NCBI GenBank assembly: GCA_945883775.1
Contig: CAMCYG010000002.1
Location: 3,512-67,511 of the forward strand
Direction: 5' to 3'
Source of the DNA: Victivallis vadensis
GTDB lineage: Bacteria > Verrucomicrobiota > Kiritimatiellia > UBA8416 > CAMCYG01
DNA length: 64,000 bases
The position numbers and the translations under genes are program-made. Every line of letters starts with the position of its first letter. Position 1 is the stretch's first letter. Of this stretch, positions 38,741-48,441 are shown piece after piece. The notes under the pieces are model-generated. The model was given only the letters and a program-made list of their open reading frames with translations, made no database searches and was not told the DNA's origin.

Positions 38741-39411
38741 ATAATCAACGCTCTTTCACATTTTTCTCTCATAAGAGAGATGTCGTTTCGCATATCAGCG
38801 GCTCTGTACAGAGACGAACCGGCTACAAAACAGTTCACGCCATTCTTTGCGCAAACCTCGCAGGTGTTAAGGTCAATCCCACCGTCCACCATAATATCCA
38901 GATCCGCCAAATTCATCTCATTTGCCTTATTGCGGACTGCTCGCATACTCGGCACCACTGTTTCAATGAATTTCTGACCGCCATATCCAGGAAACACTGT
39001 CATACAAAGGATAATCCCCACCTTATCCAGCACGGGAAATAATCTGGCAGGATCCGTATCCGGATTCATGGTGATACCGGGCCTGACTCCCAGTTGCCTG
39101 ATGCTCTCCAAAGTTGCAGTCACATCGCATTCGGATTCTATATGGATCAATATCGTATCCGAACCGGCCTTAGCGAATCTGTCGATATATTTATCCGGCC
39201 TGCTCAGCATCAGATGGACATTCAGAGGGATACGCACGGCTTTCCTAGCCATGCTGACAACATCCGCACCGAAGCTGATATTTGGTACAAAATGCCCATC
39301 CATGATATCCAGATGCAGTTCATCAGCACCGGACACCTCAGCTTTTTTTGACTCTGATTCAAGCCGTCCAAAATCAGCAGCAAGCAAAGAAGGCAATATC
39401 TTGATTTTCAT
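38737..39411 (-). CDS. rpe: ribulose-phosphate 3-epimerase
   Basis: PSLLAADF...LHLDIMDGHFVPNISFG and later MTVFPGYGGQKF are present. Confidence 0.9.
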   Translation of the reverse strand: MKIKILPSLLAADFGRLESESKKAEVSGADELHLDIMDGHFVPNISFGADVVSMARKAVRIPLNVHLMLSRPDKYIDRFAKAGSDTILIHIESECDVTATLESIRQLGVRPGITMNPDTDPARLFPVLDKVGIILCMTVFPGYGGQKFIETVVPSMRAVRNKANEMNLADLDIMVDGGIDLNTCEVCAKNGVNCFVAGSSLYRAADMRNDISLMREKCERALII

Positions 39412-39429
39412 GCGCGTGGATTATACAGA

Positions 39430-40167
39430 TTAGTACTTTACATGCCAGAGAAAAAGCCCTTTTGCTGGTGCTGTAGGCACCCTGGCAGTCCTTATTTGAG
39501 AATTAAGGACTTCGGTCGCTGTTTCCGGCTTTACCGCTCCCTCCCCCACCCTGATCAGGAAGCCCGCCAGACTCCTCACCATCTTGTAGAGAAAGCCATT
39601 ACTGGATGCACTTATAGTGATCTCCTGCCCCCTCCGAGTAACCTTAAGCATACCCAGAGAACGTACCGTGCTTTCGACCTCTCTGTTAGGATTTGCCGTA
39701 AAAGCGCTGAAATCATGCCTGCCGATCAGCTGTCGGGCAGCTTTCTTCATAGCTGCAACATCCAAGGGTTGCCTGATGAGTGTTCTGTACCGGTACAAAA
39801 AAGGAGTGACCTGATCTCCATTCCATATGAAATATCTGTACTCCTTGCTTTTTGCTGACTTCCTGGCATGAAAAGCCTGAGATACTTTGCTTATGGAGAT
39901 TATTCGGATATCCGGATTGATAATACAGTTTACCGCCCGCAACAGTGCTTTGGGCAGCATTTGCGTCTCAATATCAAAATGAGCAATCTGTGCAACAGCA
40001 TGCACTCCATTGTCGGTTCTGCCGCTGCCGTGTATTTTGACGACTTGGCCTGTAATCTTCTTTATGGCGTTTTCTATCACCTGCTGAATAGTCACCCGGT
40101 CGGGCTGAACCTGCCAACCGGAATAATCAGTACCATCATAGGATATCTTTATCTTATACCTCTGCAT
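39430..40167 (-). CDS. truA: tRNA pseudouridine(38-40) synthase
   Basis: ISYDGTDYSGWQ and the catalytic Asp region GSGRTDNGVHA are present. Confidence 0.9.
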   Translation of the reverse strand: MQRYKIKISYDGTDYSGWQVQPDRVTIQQVIENAIKKITGQVVKIHGSGRTDNGVHAVAQIAHFDIETQMLPKALLRAVNCIINPDIRIISISKVSQAFHARKSAKSKEYRYFIWNGDQVTPFLYRYRTLIRQPLDVAAMKKAARQLIGRHDFSAFTANPNREVESTVRSLGMLKVTRRGQEITISASSNGFLYKMVRSLAGFLIRVGEGAVKPETATEVLNSQIRTARVPTAPAKGLFLWHVKY

Positions 40168-40170
40168 AAA

Positions 40171-40590
40171 TCACCGTGCTTCGGTTCTGGATTCGAGATA
40201 ATCCTGCAGGAGTATTTGTGCGGAGATCTTATCGCGAATGCTCTTTCTTTTGCTTCGACTGAGGTCACCGTCAAGCATCGATTTTTCCGCCATAACAGTC
40301 GTGAGCCGTTCGTCCCAAGTTTCGACTTTCTTTCCTGTCGCTGCTGCCACTTTTGCGACAAAATCCATAACACGGTCTACCATCTCTCCTGAGGACCCAT
40401 CCATATTGATCGGCAGACCGACAACTATCATATCGACAGATTCCTGGACTACTGTTTCAGCTATCTCCAGGATGGCTTTCTTATGCGAGACGACATTGAT
40501 GACCTTCAAAGGAACAGCCATATTCTGAAAAGGAATGCTAACTGCCAACCCAATGCGTTTTTCGCCGTAATCTACTCCAAGTATGCGCAT
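40171..40590 (-). CDS. ruvX: Holliday-junction resolvase-like protein RuvX/YqgF
   Basis: MRILGVDYGEKRIGLAVS is the RNase H-like YqgF N-terminal motif. The 139-aa length fits. Confidence 0.9.
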   Translation of the reverse strand: MRILGVDYGEKRIGLAVSIPFQNMAVPLKVINVVSHKKAILEIAETVVQESVDMIVVGLPINMDGSSGEMVDRVMDFVAKVAAATGKKVETWDERLTTVMAEKSMLDGDLSRSKRKSIRDKISAQILLQDYLESRTEAR

Positions 40591-40594
40591 ATTC

Positions 40595-41677
40595 TTATAA
40601 AAGATGACTGTAGGTTTTCTTGGCTGTAAGCAGTTCGACCATCTTCTTTACATCCTGCGCCCTACTCTTTGCACAAATCAGCGTGACATCCTCAGCCTGG
40701 ACGACAACCATATCATTAACTCCTATAAGGGCAGTAAGTCTTTCGTTCGACATAACGACATTATTCGAACTCTCGATCTGTTCGCAATAGCCCACCAAGG
40801 TATTCCTGCATCCGTCTGGTGCAAAATGCTCTTCAAGCGCCGGCCATGAACCCAGATCGCTCCATTTGAAGACACCCTTGGCTACTATTATGTCAGGCGA
40901 CTTCTCCATGATTGCATAGTCCACTGATATCTTCTGAATTTTGGAATATTCCTTTGCGAGCTGTGCTCCGAACCCAAAAGTATCAACATACTTTGCCAGC
41001 CGCTCCGTCATTTTCAAAAGCTTCGGCTGATATGCCTTAAGCGCCTTTTCGAACGCGGATACTGACCAGATAAACATGCCGGAGTTCCAGTAATAGTCCC
41101 CCGACTTAACATACTTACGCGCGGTTGCTTCATCAGGTTTCTCAACAAACCTTTCAGCATGTTTGAACAGGACACCGGACGCACTCTTGAACTTATTACC
41201 CGCCTTTATATATCCGAATCCCGTGCTGGGAAAAGAAGGATTGATGCCTATGGTGACTATCGAATCCGAACCGTCTGCGATCCGGCCTCCTTCTCTAAGC
41301 GTCGCCTGAAAGATATCGAGATCCCCGATGACGTGGTCAGCCGTCAATATATATACGACACCTTTGGGGTCACGAGCCTTTACTATGGTCATCGCAAGCG
41401 CACACGCTGCGGCGGTATCACGACCAACAGGTTCCCCGATGATGTTTTTCCTGGGAAGCGACGGCACCGCTTTCTGCGTACTCTCGATAAACTCAGAATT
41501 CGTAATGATGATTGTGCGCTCAGGCGGAATCAGCCCCTTCAGCCTTTCGACAGAGGAGGATAACAAGGTCTTGCCTCCAGCTATGGCAAGCACCTGCTTA
41601 GGGCGTTTGGATGTGCTCAACGGCCAAAAACGTGTCCCTTTTCCACCGGCCAGTATGACGGCATATACATTATTCAT
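40595..41677 (-). CDS. manC: mannose-1-phosphate guanylyltransferase (NDP-sugar pyrophosphorylase)
   Basis: The nucleotidyltransferase motif AVILAGGKGTRFWPLS is present, and the 360-aa length is typical of GMP. Confidence 0.8.
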   Translation of the reverse strand: MNNVYAVILAGGKGTRFWPLSTSKRPKQVLAIAGGKTLLSSSVERLKGLIPPERTIIITNSEFIESTQKAVPSLPRKNIIGEPVGRDTAAACALAMTIVKARDPKGVVYILTADHVIGDLDIFQATLREGGRIADGSDSIVTIGINPSFPSTGFGYIKAGNKFKSASGVLFKHAERFVEKPDEATARKYVKSGDYYWNSGMFIWSVSAFEKALKAYQPKLLKMTERLAKYVDTFGFGAQLAKEYSKIQKISVDYAIMEKSPDIIVAKGVFKWSDLGSWPALEEHFAPDGCRNTLVGYCEQIESSNNVVMSNERLTALIGVNDMVVVQAEDVTLICAKSRAQDVKKMVELLTAKKTYSHLL

Positions 41678-41709
41678 TTATATAATTCCTTTCTAGCATG
41701 CTGATCAGA

Positions 41710-42465
41710 TTAGCTATTAAGATTGAATATACGCACCAGTCCAAGCAAGGTCAAGTTGGTGTTTATAACGTAAGGGATATTGATCCTCGAAAGAGCAAGC
41801 TTTGCATATCCCCCGGTCGCCACGAGATGCACATCGCCACGAAGGGAAGAAACGATATGCCCGGTTATTGACTGCACCATCCCTGCGTAACCAATGCGAG
41901 TGCCGATACGCATGGCGTCCTCGGTACTTCTGCCGTAAGCTTTTATTGAGCCTTCTATTGCAACCCTGGGCAATAGCGCAGTACGTTCATAAAGATAATC
42001 CATCATCAAAGGCAAGCCCGGAGCAATGACGCCGCCACAGTAGGCACCCTTCTTGTTAATCACGTCAAATGTAAGTGCGGTACCGAAATCAGCTATTACT
42101 GCAGGCGTGCCATATAGAGCGACTGCGGCTGAAGCGTTGACAAGCCTGTCGGCTCCGATAGTAGCCGGCTTCGGATAATCAATGGCTACGCCAAGGTTCA
42201 TCTTATATGTCACAACCATGGTCTTGACGCCTGATATACGGCGTATAGCAGAAGTCCACAACGCATTCTTCGCCGGCACAACTGAAGAAAGTATCGCCCC
42301 TTGCACAGGAAGTCCCTTCGTCAGCGATCTGATGGCCCCGCATATCTTAGGTAGAGAAGATGACGCTGTCAGGATACTTCCCTTCCGAGTCACCTCATTG
42401 CCAGTGGCAATTCCCATCGTTACGCTTGTGTTGCCTATATCTACTAATAAAATGGTTTTTTTCAT
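41710..42465 (-). CDS. coaX: type III pantothenate kinase
   Basis: The ASKHA-fold N-terminus LLVDIGNTSVTMG is present and the ~250-aa length is typical. Confidence 0.85.
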   Translation of the reverse strand: MKKTILLVDIGNTSVTMGIATGNEVTRKGSILTASSSLPKICGAIRSLTKGLPVQGAILSSVVPAKNALWTSAIRRISGVKTMVVTYKMNLGVAIDYPKPATIGADRLVNASAAVALYGTPAVIADFGTALTFDVINKKGAYCGGVIAPGLPLMMDYLYERTALLPRVAIEGSIKAYGRSTEDAMRIGTRIGYAGMVQSITGHIVSSLRGDVHLVATGGYAKLALSRINIPYVINTNLTLLGLVRIFNLNS

Positions 42466-43223
42466 TCCGGCTCACCAATAGTGTTTAATGCAGCTATTGC
42501 CGCATTCCGTTCCGCCTCCTGCTTGCTTTTTCCCCGCCCCTGTGCAGATACTGTTCCAGCGGTAACCTCTATCACAAACATCCGCGAATGCGATGGACCG
42601 GCAGAATCTATCACCCGATAAACAGGGGACATCTTGAATACCCTCTGACTATGCTCCTGCAATTTTCCTTTTGGATTATGTGCAGCCAGCTGCTCGTCGA
42701 TGCCGGCAATCTGCTGCTGCATCAACCGGATCAGAAGATTAGCGACCGGCTTCATACCGCCATCCACATAAACAGCCCCTATCACTGATTCAAATACATC
42801 CGCAAGAGTTGACGTCCTTGTCCTGCCATTCGACTTCTCTTCGCCCTTGCCGATGTAAAGCCATTTGCCAAGCTCCAGTTCATTGGCAAATACCGCAAGT
42901 GCCCTGCCACTGGTAAGCATACTCCTGTATGAGGTCAGAGTCCCTTCATCACAAGACCTGTATTTATTATAGATCATCGTCGAAACAGCCATTGATATGA
43001 CCGCATCACCCAGGAACTCCAACCTCTGGTTGTCGACCTTGACACCCTTGCTCTCATAGCGAAAGGATGGATGCGTTATTGCTTCTATCAAGAGCTCCTT
43101 ATTCCCGAAAGAATGCCCCAATTCCCTTTCCAAACAGGAAAGATCCCTGCCATCCCCCTCGCCTCCATTGATCATTTCCGAACATTTATCCTTGATCCTC
43201 TTTATCAGTTTTCTCATCTTCAT
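42462..43223 (-). CDS. rnc: ribonuclease III
   Basis: The RNase III signature ERLEFLGDAV and a C-terminal dsRBD are present. Confidence 0.9.
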   Translation of the reverse strand: MKMRKLIKRIKDKCSEMINGGEGDGRDLSCLERELGHSFGNKELLIEAITHPSFRYESKGVKVDNQRLEFLGDAVISMAVSTMIYNKYRSCDEGTLTSYRSMLTSGRALAVFANELELGKWLYIGKGEEKSNGRTRTSTLADVFESVIGAVYVDGGMKPVANLLIRLMQQQIAGIDEQLAAHNPKGKLQEHSQRVFKMSPVYRVIDSAGPSHSRMFVIEVTAGTVSAQGRGKSKQEAERNAAIAALNTIGEPE

Positions 43224-44110
43224 GCCCTCGGATGGAATTTTTCATGGATTGAGCGTAAGCGGCCCTGGTCTACATGCGTGTATATCTGCGTCGTAGAGAT
43301 ATCTGCATGCCCCAGCATTTCCTGTATGACACGCAGTGGAGCGTCGTTTGCCAGAAGATGGCTCGCAAATGAATGCCTGAGTGTATGAGGTGAGACATCC
43401 TTCGCGATGCCGGCTCGCTTTGCGTAATGTTTGATCAGCTTCCAAATGCCTTTCCGGGATATGCCCTTCTTCCTGTATGTCAGAAAGACATGTCGCATCG
43501 ACGGATCCTGAGAGAATTGCGGTCGCGCTTCCGAAATATAAACCTGTAACTGCTCTTTTGCTTTCCCGCCGAACGGGACTACCCTAACCTTGCTACCCTT
43601 TCCCGTACATCTCAGATAATTGCTATCCATGTGCAGATCGTCAATCTTTAGTCCAGACAACTCGGACACACGTAAGCCCGACGCATACATAAGCTCTATT
43701 ATCGCCCGGTCTCTGATACTGATCTTATCATTGCCAGCTGGCGCCGATATCAAGCGCTCTACTTCTTTAACCGACAGCGTTGACGGCAGGACTTTCCATA
43801 ATTTAGGCGAATCCATTGTTTCGGTGACATTCCGAGACAGCAGACCTTCCTGTACCAGATATTTGAACAGTACCTTGATTGACACGAATTGCCGCGAAAT
43901 AGAATTGGCATTCATCCCCGCATCTTTCTGATGCATTATGAAATCAAGTATATGCTTCCTGGTGATATTGTTCGCCGAACTGATTTTTCTGGACAAGAGA
44001 AAATCCGAGAAACAGATAAGGTCCGACTTATAGGCTGACATCGTATTAGGGCTCAGCCCTCTCTCAAGGGCAAGATAGTCAATGAACTGGTCGATAAGAG
44101 CGTTCATCAA
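43220..44110 (-). CDS. xerD: site-specific tyrosine recombinase XerD/XerC
   Basis: An N-terminal SAM-like domain and catalytic residues R...HxxR...Y (HTLRHSFASHLL, TTQIYTH) are present. The 296-aa length fits XerD. Confidence 0.85.
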   Translation of the reverse strand: MMNALIDQFIDYLALERGLSPNTMSAYKSDLICFSDFLLSRKISSANNITRKHILDFIMHQKDAGMNANSISRQFVSIKVLFKYLVQEGLLSRNVTETMDSPKLWKVLPSTLSVKEVERLISAPAGNDKISIRDRAIIELMYASGLRVSELSGLKIDDLHMDSNYLRCTGKGSKVRVVPFGGKAKEQLQVYISEARPQFSQDPSMRHVFLTYRKKGISRKGIWKLIKHYAKRAGIAKDVSPHTLRHSFASHLLANDAPLRVIQEMLGHADISTTQIYTHVDQGRLRSIHEKFHPRA

Positions 44111-44572
44111 TCAGTTGTTCGTAGCAGGAGCCGGAACCGGTATTATAGGCACAAGCTCACTCGGCTGTACCTGCTTAGTAGGCACGGCAGGAATGACCGT
44201 TCCCTTCAAACCACATCTAGGATCAAGCTTAGCCGCCGCTTCTTTATTGCCGGGAATGCCATTAGCATCAAAACCCATATCGGCTACGAGAAAATCAAGG
44301 TTTTTTCTGGCCATTATGAGGCTTTCATACCTGAGGGTGACAGTCCTTGCAGTCATATCGACATTAAGTATCTTCACTGGGTCAAACTCAGACTCCTGTG
44401 ATTGTGACTGTTGTCTGTAAGCACTCAGCAGCCGAGTGGTAATGAGTTGGGCGCAGACCTCGTTACTCATCTCAGGTATATGTATCACATGCTCCTTGAA
44501 ATCATGGCGTCTGCATCCTGATACAGAGAACATAGCGCAGGCTAAAGCGACAATTATCATAAAATATTTCAT
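44111..44572 (-). CDS. probable lipoprotein of unknown function (153 aa)
   Basis: The signal peptide carries a lipobox-like VSGC. I recognise no other motifs. Confidence 0.55.
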   Translation of the reverse strand: MKYFMIIVALACAMFSVSGCRRHDFKEHVIHIPEMSNEVCAQLITTRLLSAYRQQSQSQESEFDPVKILNVDMTARTVTLRYESLIMARKNLDFLVADMGFDANGIPGNKEAAAKLDPRCGLKGTVIPAVPTKQVQPSELVPIIPVPAPATNN

Positions 44573-44598
44573 GATGCAGAATGTACAATATACGGCTT

Positions 44599-45282
44599 TT
44601 ATTGTACAGGAATATTGGGTTTATCCTGCGGATCTTCAACGATCATCTTCGCCAATTCAGCTTCTATCAGCTTTACCACCTTATCCTCCCGTGGTCCTGT
44701 CCGGCTTCCGAATCGTCCGACGATATTACCTTCAGCTGAAATAATGAATTTATTGAAGTTCCAACTTATTTTTCCGCTATGTTCAGAGTTGGAAGTCTTG
44801 GACGTCAAATATTTATACAGCGGATCCTGGTCGTCGCCAGATACTGATATCTTCGAGAACATCGGAAATGTAACATTATAGTTTAGAGTGCAGAAACGTT
44901 TTATGTCTGAATTTGAGCCAGGCTCCTGAAAAAGAAAATTATTGGCTGGAAAGCCCAATACCACAAAATTTCTGTCCTTATAGTCCTGATACAATTTCTC
45001 CAGATCCGCATACTGCCCCGTAAATCCGCATTTACTGGCAACATTGACAATCATAATGACTTTCCCTGCGTACTCAGCCAGAGAGACATCCTTACCGTCA
45101 ATGTCTTTGACGGTAAATGCAAATATGCCCTTGGCAGGCTGTGATACTTTCGGCATAGCATTAGTATCCGCAGCTGTTAAGGTATTCGTGGCATTGGAAG
45201 CATCAGTGTCAGTTGAATTAGACACAACCTGATTAATTGAAACGGCGTTAAGGACGGTCGGAGTATCATTTGTTGAATTCAT
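44599..45282 (-). CDS. glutathione peroxidase family protein with an N/S/T-rich N-terminal extension; start possibly at 45156
   Basis: The GPx core is present (FTVKDIDGKDVSLAEYAGKVIMIVNVASKCGFT, then WNFNKF). The first ~42 codons (MNSTNDTPTVLNAVSINQVVSNSTDTDASNATNT...) are low-complexity and lack an obvious signal peptide. The internal ATG at 45156 would give a canonical-length Gpx. Confidence 0.8.
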   Translation of the reverse strand: MNSTNDTPTVLNAVSINQVVSNSTDTDASNATNTLTAADTNAMPKVSQPAKGIFAFTVKDIDGKDVSLAEYAGKVIMIVNVASKCGFTGQYADLEKLYQDYKDRNFVVLGFPANNFLFQEPGSNSDIKRFCTLNYNVTFPMFSKISVSGDDQDPLYKYLTSKTSNSEHSGKISWNFNKFIISAEGNIVGRFGSRTGPREDKVVKLIEAELAKMIVEDPQDKPNIPVQ

Positions 45283-45410
45283 AGTTACATATTACCAGCG
45301 TTTTTCTTGATCGCAAGAAAGCTTTTGCTCCCCTATTTTTGCACAGGCTGAAACATTGAGCGACAATATCGAATGATGAGGCGATCTGAACCTTAAACGC
45401 ATATATTCTT

Positions 45411-45478
45411 ACTGTAGGAGCCGCAACCCTTTGCGGCGATCGAGAAGAATCGCCGATGCGGGGATCGGCTCCTACAAG
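45411..45478. repeat. structured ~62-nt palindromic repeat (REP/BIME-like), copy 1
   Basis: gtaggagccgcaaccctttgcggcgatcgagaagaatcgccgatgcggggatcggctcctac has a 10-bp outer stem and a nested GGCGAT/ATCGCC stem. A second copy at 54915-54976 differs by compensatory changes. Confidence 0.75.
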
Positions 45479-45495
45479 GGAAAAAGCAGCTTATC

Positions 45496-45585
45496 TTGTA
45501 GGGGCGTTGCTTTTACCATGTCGCATGATGTGGCGTGGGCGCTCGTCTTTCTCCCTCAGCATGCTGGCGTTGATCAACAACGCCA
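45496..45585. repeat. degenerate repeat related to the palindromic element (element A)
   Basis: It contains tgtaggggcgttgct...ggcgtgggcgctcg...ggcgttgatcaacaacgcc. A similar arrangement occurs at 46526-46605. It shares the tgtagg(a/g)gc head with the palindromic repeat. Confidence 0.45.
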
Positions 45586-45624
45586 CTTTGCTGAGTAAGA
45601 AAACGGCATGAGCGACACCTTCGC

Positions 45625-45652
45625 TTACACAAAAGTCTAGTTGTCTAGACTT
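45625..45652 (-). terminator. putative Rho-independent terminator of the 45739-46425 gene
   Basis: A perfect 8-bp hairpin AAGTCTAG/CTAGACTT with loop ttgt is followed on the minus strand by TTTTGTGT. Confidence 0.4.
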
Positions 45653-45738
45653 ATTGGGCTAAACATTGATCATCAGGCACTTACAACGTGAATCTTTGGA
45701 CCTGAAACCCGAAGTTTTGGGAAATAATTGGAATGCGA

Positions 45739-46425
45739 TTACGCGGTCATCTCCCTATCTGCGAATACCGACTTCAACGCCGCAACAGCCTTCTCGTTAT
45801 TCAGCAGACCTATTGCCCCATCAAGGTACTTGATCACTTCGGCGGGGATCCCTGAAATAGCAGAACACTGCTTGCGAACTGACACCAGCCGTAACGCCAT
45901 ATTCTTCATCAACTCACCGGCAGTCTTTGAACTTTTGCTCACCTTCGCAACCTCACTGCTCTTCAGTTCACCTGTCAGTGCTTTACTCTGTAGTTCTTCC
46001 AGTTTCTTCCGTTTCTGCGGCGAAACATTCTTCTCGGCAAGTTCACGCTCAATGGTTATCAATCCAGCAACATCATACAGATCAGGAATGAACCCCTTCG
46101 GCTTTGGCTGGAGCCATTCCGGATGGTTCTTAGTCACCCAGTCATACACCTGGATATATCTATATAAAGATGCCCTGCCCAACTGCAGACGCTTCTCTGC
46201 ATAATCCTCGATGTCGGGATGACCAAGCGAAACGAACATCTTCTTCTCGCGCACCTGCGATAGAAGTTTACCAACACGCAAATATGACAGCTGGGCATTC
46301 TTGAGCGTCCCTTTCAAAAGCCAGGTGACCTGCAATGCTTCCTGTACCTCAATTTGTTTCGCTGACTTTTTTACTGTTTTAGATTTATTTGCAGTCTTTT
46401 TAACCGACGTTGTCTTCGCACTCAT
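45739..46425 (-). CDS. hypothetical protein with a Lys-rich N-terminus and no recognisable domain (228 aa)
   Basis: Start chosen at the internal ATG 46425, preceded by a strong AAGGAG Shine-Dalgarno (spacing 5). The tracked ORF extends to 46632, but that extension is Arg/Gly-rich junk lying over repeat element B. The N-terminus MSAKTTSVKKTANKSKTVKKSAK is histone-H1-like and basic. Confidence 0.6.
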   Translation of the reverse strand: MSAKTTSVKKTANKSKTVKKSAKQIEVQEALQVTWLLKGTLKNAQLSYLRVGKLLSQVREKKMFVSLGHPDIEDYAEKRLQLGRASLYRYIQVYDWVTKNHPEWLQPKPKGFIPDLYDVAGLITIERELAEKNVSPQKRKKLEELQSKALTGELKSSEVAKVSKSSKTAGELMKNMALRLVSVRKQCSAISGIPAEVIKYLDGAIGLLNNEKAVAALKSVFADREMTA

Positions 46426-46525
46426 GCAGTCTCCTTGTGGGATTGATTCATTAACCGATCTTATATAATGCGCCCCATTCTTAGCATTCCTTCCGCCAAT
46501 TACGGAATTGCTTCCTGGAAGTTTC

Positions 46526-46605
46526 CCGTAGGGGCGCTGCTCGCCGGCGCCTGCCTTCGCGAAAGAGCTACGGCGTGGCGTGTCCCGCGTTCGATGATCA
46601 ACGTC
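46526..46605. repeat. degenerate repeat related to the palindromic element (element B)
   Basis: It contains cgtaggggcgctgctcgccggcgcc...ggcgtggcgtgtcccg...cgttcgatgatcaacg, which resembles element A at 45496-45585. It lies in the leader region of the 45739-46425 gene. Confidence 0.4.
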
Positions 46606-46682
46606 TTTAAGATATTCCTGAATTCCGCTCATGCTCCCTTTCCAGACCCAATTTAATCAGGGTTATATCAGCAATATGAGCA

Positions 46683-46711
46683 GGATAGAAGCGTAATTTA
46701 TTGTTTACAAC
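46683..46711 (+). promoter_or_regulatory. putative sigma70-type promoter of ilvD
   Basis: TTTACA, a 17-nt spacer and TATCAT lie about 55 nt upstream of the ilvD ATG. Confidence 0.4.
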
Positions 46712-46766
46712 CAACTGCCGCAACCGTATCATTTCCAGCGAATTAGATATAAATGGAGAAAATCAC

Positions 46767-48434
46767 ATGAGAAGCGATCAGATAAAAAAAGGTTGGGAAA
46801 GAGCACCGCATAGGAGTCTATTAAGGGCTACAGGGATCAAGGCCTCCGACTTTGGCAAGCCGTTCATTGCCATATGTAACTCGTTTACCCAGTCCGTTCC
46901 TGGCCATGTACACTTGGATCAGGTTTCCAAATTCATCAAAAAGTGTGTCTACAAATATGGTGGAGTGCCGATAGAATTTAACACCATTGGCATATGCGAT
47001 GGAATCGCCATGGGACACATGGGCATGAAATATTCCCTGCCCAGCCGTGAAATCATCGCCGATAGTGTCGAGTCCATGGTAAATGCTCATTGTTTCGACG
47101 CCATGATTTGTATACCTAATTGCGACAAGATCGTCCCTGGCATGCTGATGGGCGCATTGCGATGCAATATCCCTACTATCATGGCTAGCGGCGGCCCCAT
47201 GAAGGCGGGTAGGCTCCCCAATGGGAAGAGCGTTGACCTGATCAGCGTCTTTGAAGGAGTTGCTGCACACAAAAAGGGAAGCATGACAGACAAGGAACTG
47301 GAAACTGTAGAGGAGTCCGCATGCCCCAGTTGTGGTTCATGCTCAGGCATGTTTACCGCTAATTCCATGAACTGCCTATGCGAGGCGCTGGGAATAGCCC
47401 TGCCCGGAAACGGAACAATACTGGCCATATCCCCAGATCGGAAGAAACTTTACAGACGGGCAGCAAAACGGATAGTCGAGATGGCGCTGGAAGGCGGCCC
47501 CCTGCCCCGTGATATCGTGACAATTGAATCCATCGATAATGCATTCGCGACCGATATGGGTATGGGCGGCAGCTCAAATACCGTATTGCACGCGCTTGCG
47601 ATCGCCCATGAGGCCGGCGTCAAGTATGACCTCCGGCGAATAAATGAGATATCCAACAAATGCCCCAACATCTGCAAAGTATCTCCGTCCTCCCAGTATC
47701 ATATAGAGGATGTCGAAAATGCAGGCGGTGTAAGCGCGATAATCAATGAGTTGACCAAGATCAAAGGATTGATAAACCGCAATTGCATCACTGTGACTGG
47801 TAAAAGCATAGGCAAGAACGTAAAGAAAGCAGTCGTAAAAGACTCCGCCGTAATCCGGAACATAGCGAACCCTTACACTCAGGATGGCGGATTGACGATA
47901 CTGTGGGGCAACCTTGCCGAGAACGGTGCAGTCGTGAAGAAAGCAGGCGTCTCCCCTAATATGCTGAAGTTCCGAGGCAAGGCTGTGATCTTTGAAACCC
48001 AGGAAGAGGCCTGCCAGGGAATACTCGAAGACAAGGTAAAGGCTGGAGATGTAGTTGTCATACGTTATGAAGGGCCTAAGGGGGGGCCAGGGATGCAGGA
48101 AATGCTTGCTCCGACATCATACATAATGGGCAGAGGCCTTGGGGAAAGCGTCGCACTTATAACAGATGGCAGATTCTCGGGTGGCACACGCGGGGCCTGC
48201 ATCGGACATGTCTCACCTGAGGCCGCAGAAGGCGGCATGATCGCACTGCTCAAGAATGGGGATATGATTAGCATCGATATTCCCGCACGAAAACTCGAAG
48301 CCGAGATAAGCAAAGAAGAGGCTGATCGCAGACGTGCAGAGTTGAAACCTTTTGTTGCGAAGATAAACAGCGGTTACCTCAAACGTTATGCCGACCATGT
48401 CCAGAATGCCGGAACCGGCGCCATAATGATCTGA
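46767..48434 (+). CDS. ilvD: dihydroxy-acid dehydratase
   Basis: The ILVD/EDD signature [11 protein letters not shown], the Fe-S cysteine motif CDKIVPG and SGGPMKAG are present. The start was chosen at [10 protein letters not shown] after GGAG; the tracked ORF starts 66 nt upstream. Confidence 0.9.
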   Translation: MRSDQIKKGWERAPHRSLLRATGIKASDFGKPFIAICNSFTQSVPGHVHLDQVSKFIKKCVYKYGGVPIEFNTIGICDGIAMGHMGMKYSLPSREIIADSVESMVNAHCFDAMICIPNCDKIVPGMLMGALRCNIPTIMASGGPMKAGRLPNGKSVDLISVFEGVAAHKKGSMTDKELETVEESACPSCGSCSGMFTANSMNCLCEALGIALPGNGTILAISPDRKKLYRRAAKRIVEMALEGGPLPRDIVTIESIDNAFATDMGMGGSSNTVLHALAIAHEAGVKYDLRRINEISNKCPNICKVSPSSQYHIEDVENAGGVSAIINELTKIKGLINRNCITVTGKSIGKNVKKAVVKDSAVIRNIANPYTQDGGLTILWGNLAENGAVVKKAGVSPNMLKFRGKAVIFETQEEACQGILEDKVKAGDVVVIRYEGPKGGPGMQEMLAPTSYIMGRGLGESVALITDGRFSGGTRGACIGHVSPEAAEGGMIALLKNGDMISIDIPARKLEAEISKEEADRRRAELKPFVAKINSGYLKRYADHVQNAGTGAIMI

Positions 48435-48441
48435 TATAAAC

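Noticed and set aside
38016-38977. Plus-strand ORFs 38016-38510 and 38480-38977
   Set aside because: They are antisense to lepA and rpe, with Ser/Thr/Ala-rich low-complexity translations.
46426-46632. N-terminal 69 codons of tracked ORF 45739-46632
   Set aside because: The extension is Arg/Gly-rich and overlies repeat element B, and a strong Shine-Dalgarno precedes the internal ATG at 46425. It was treated as a 5' leader, not coding.
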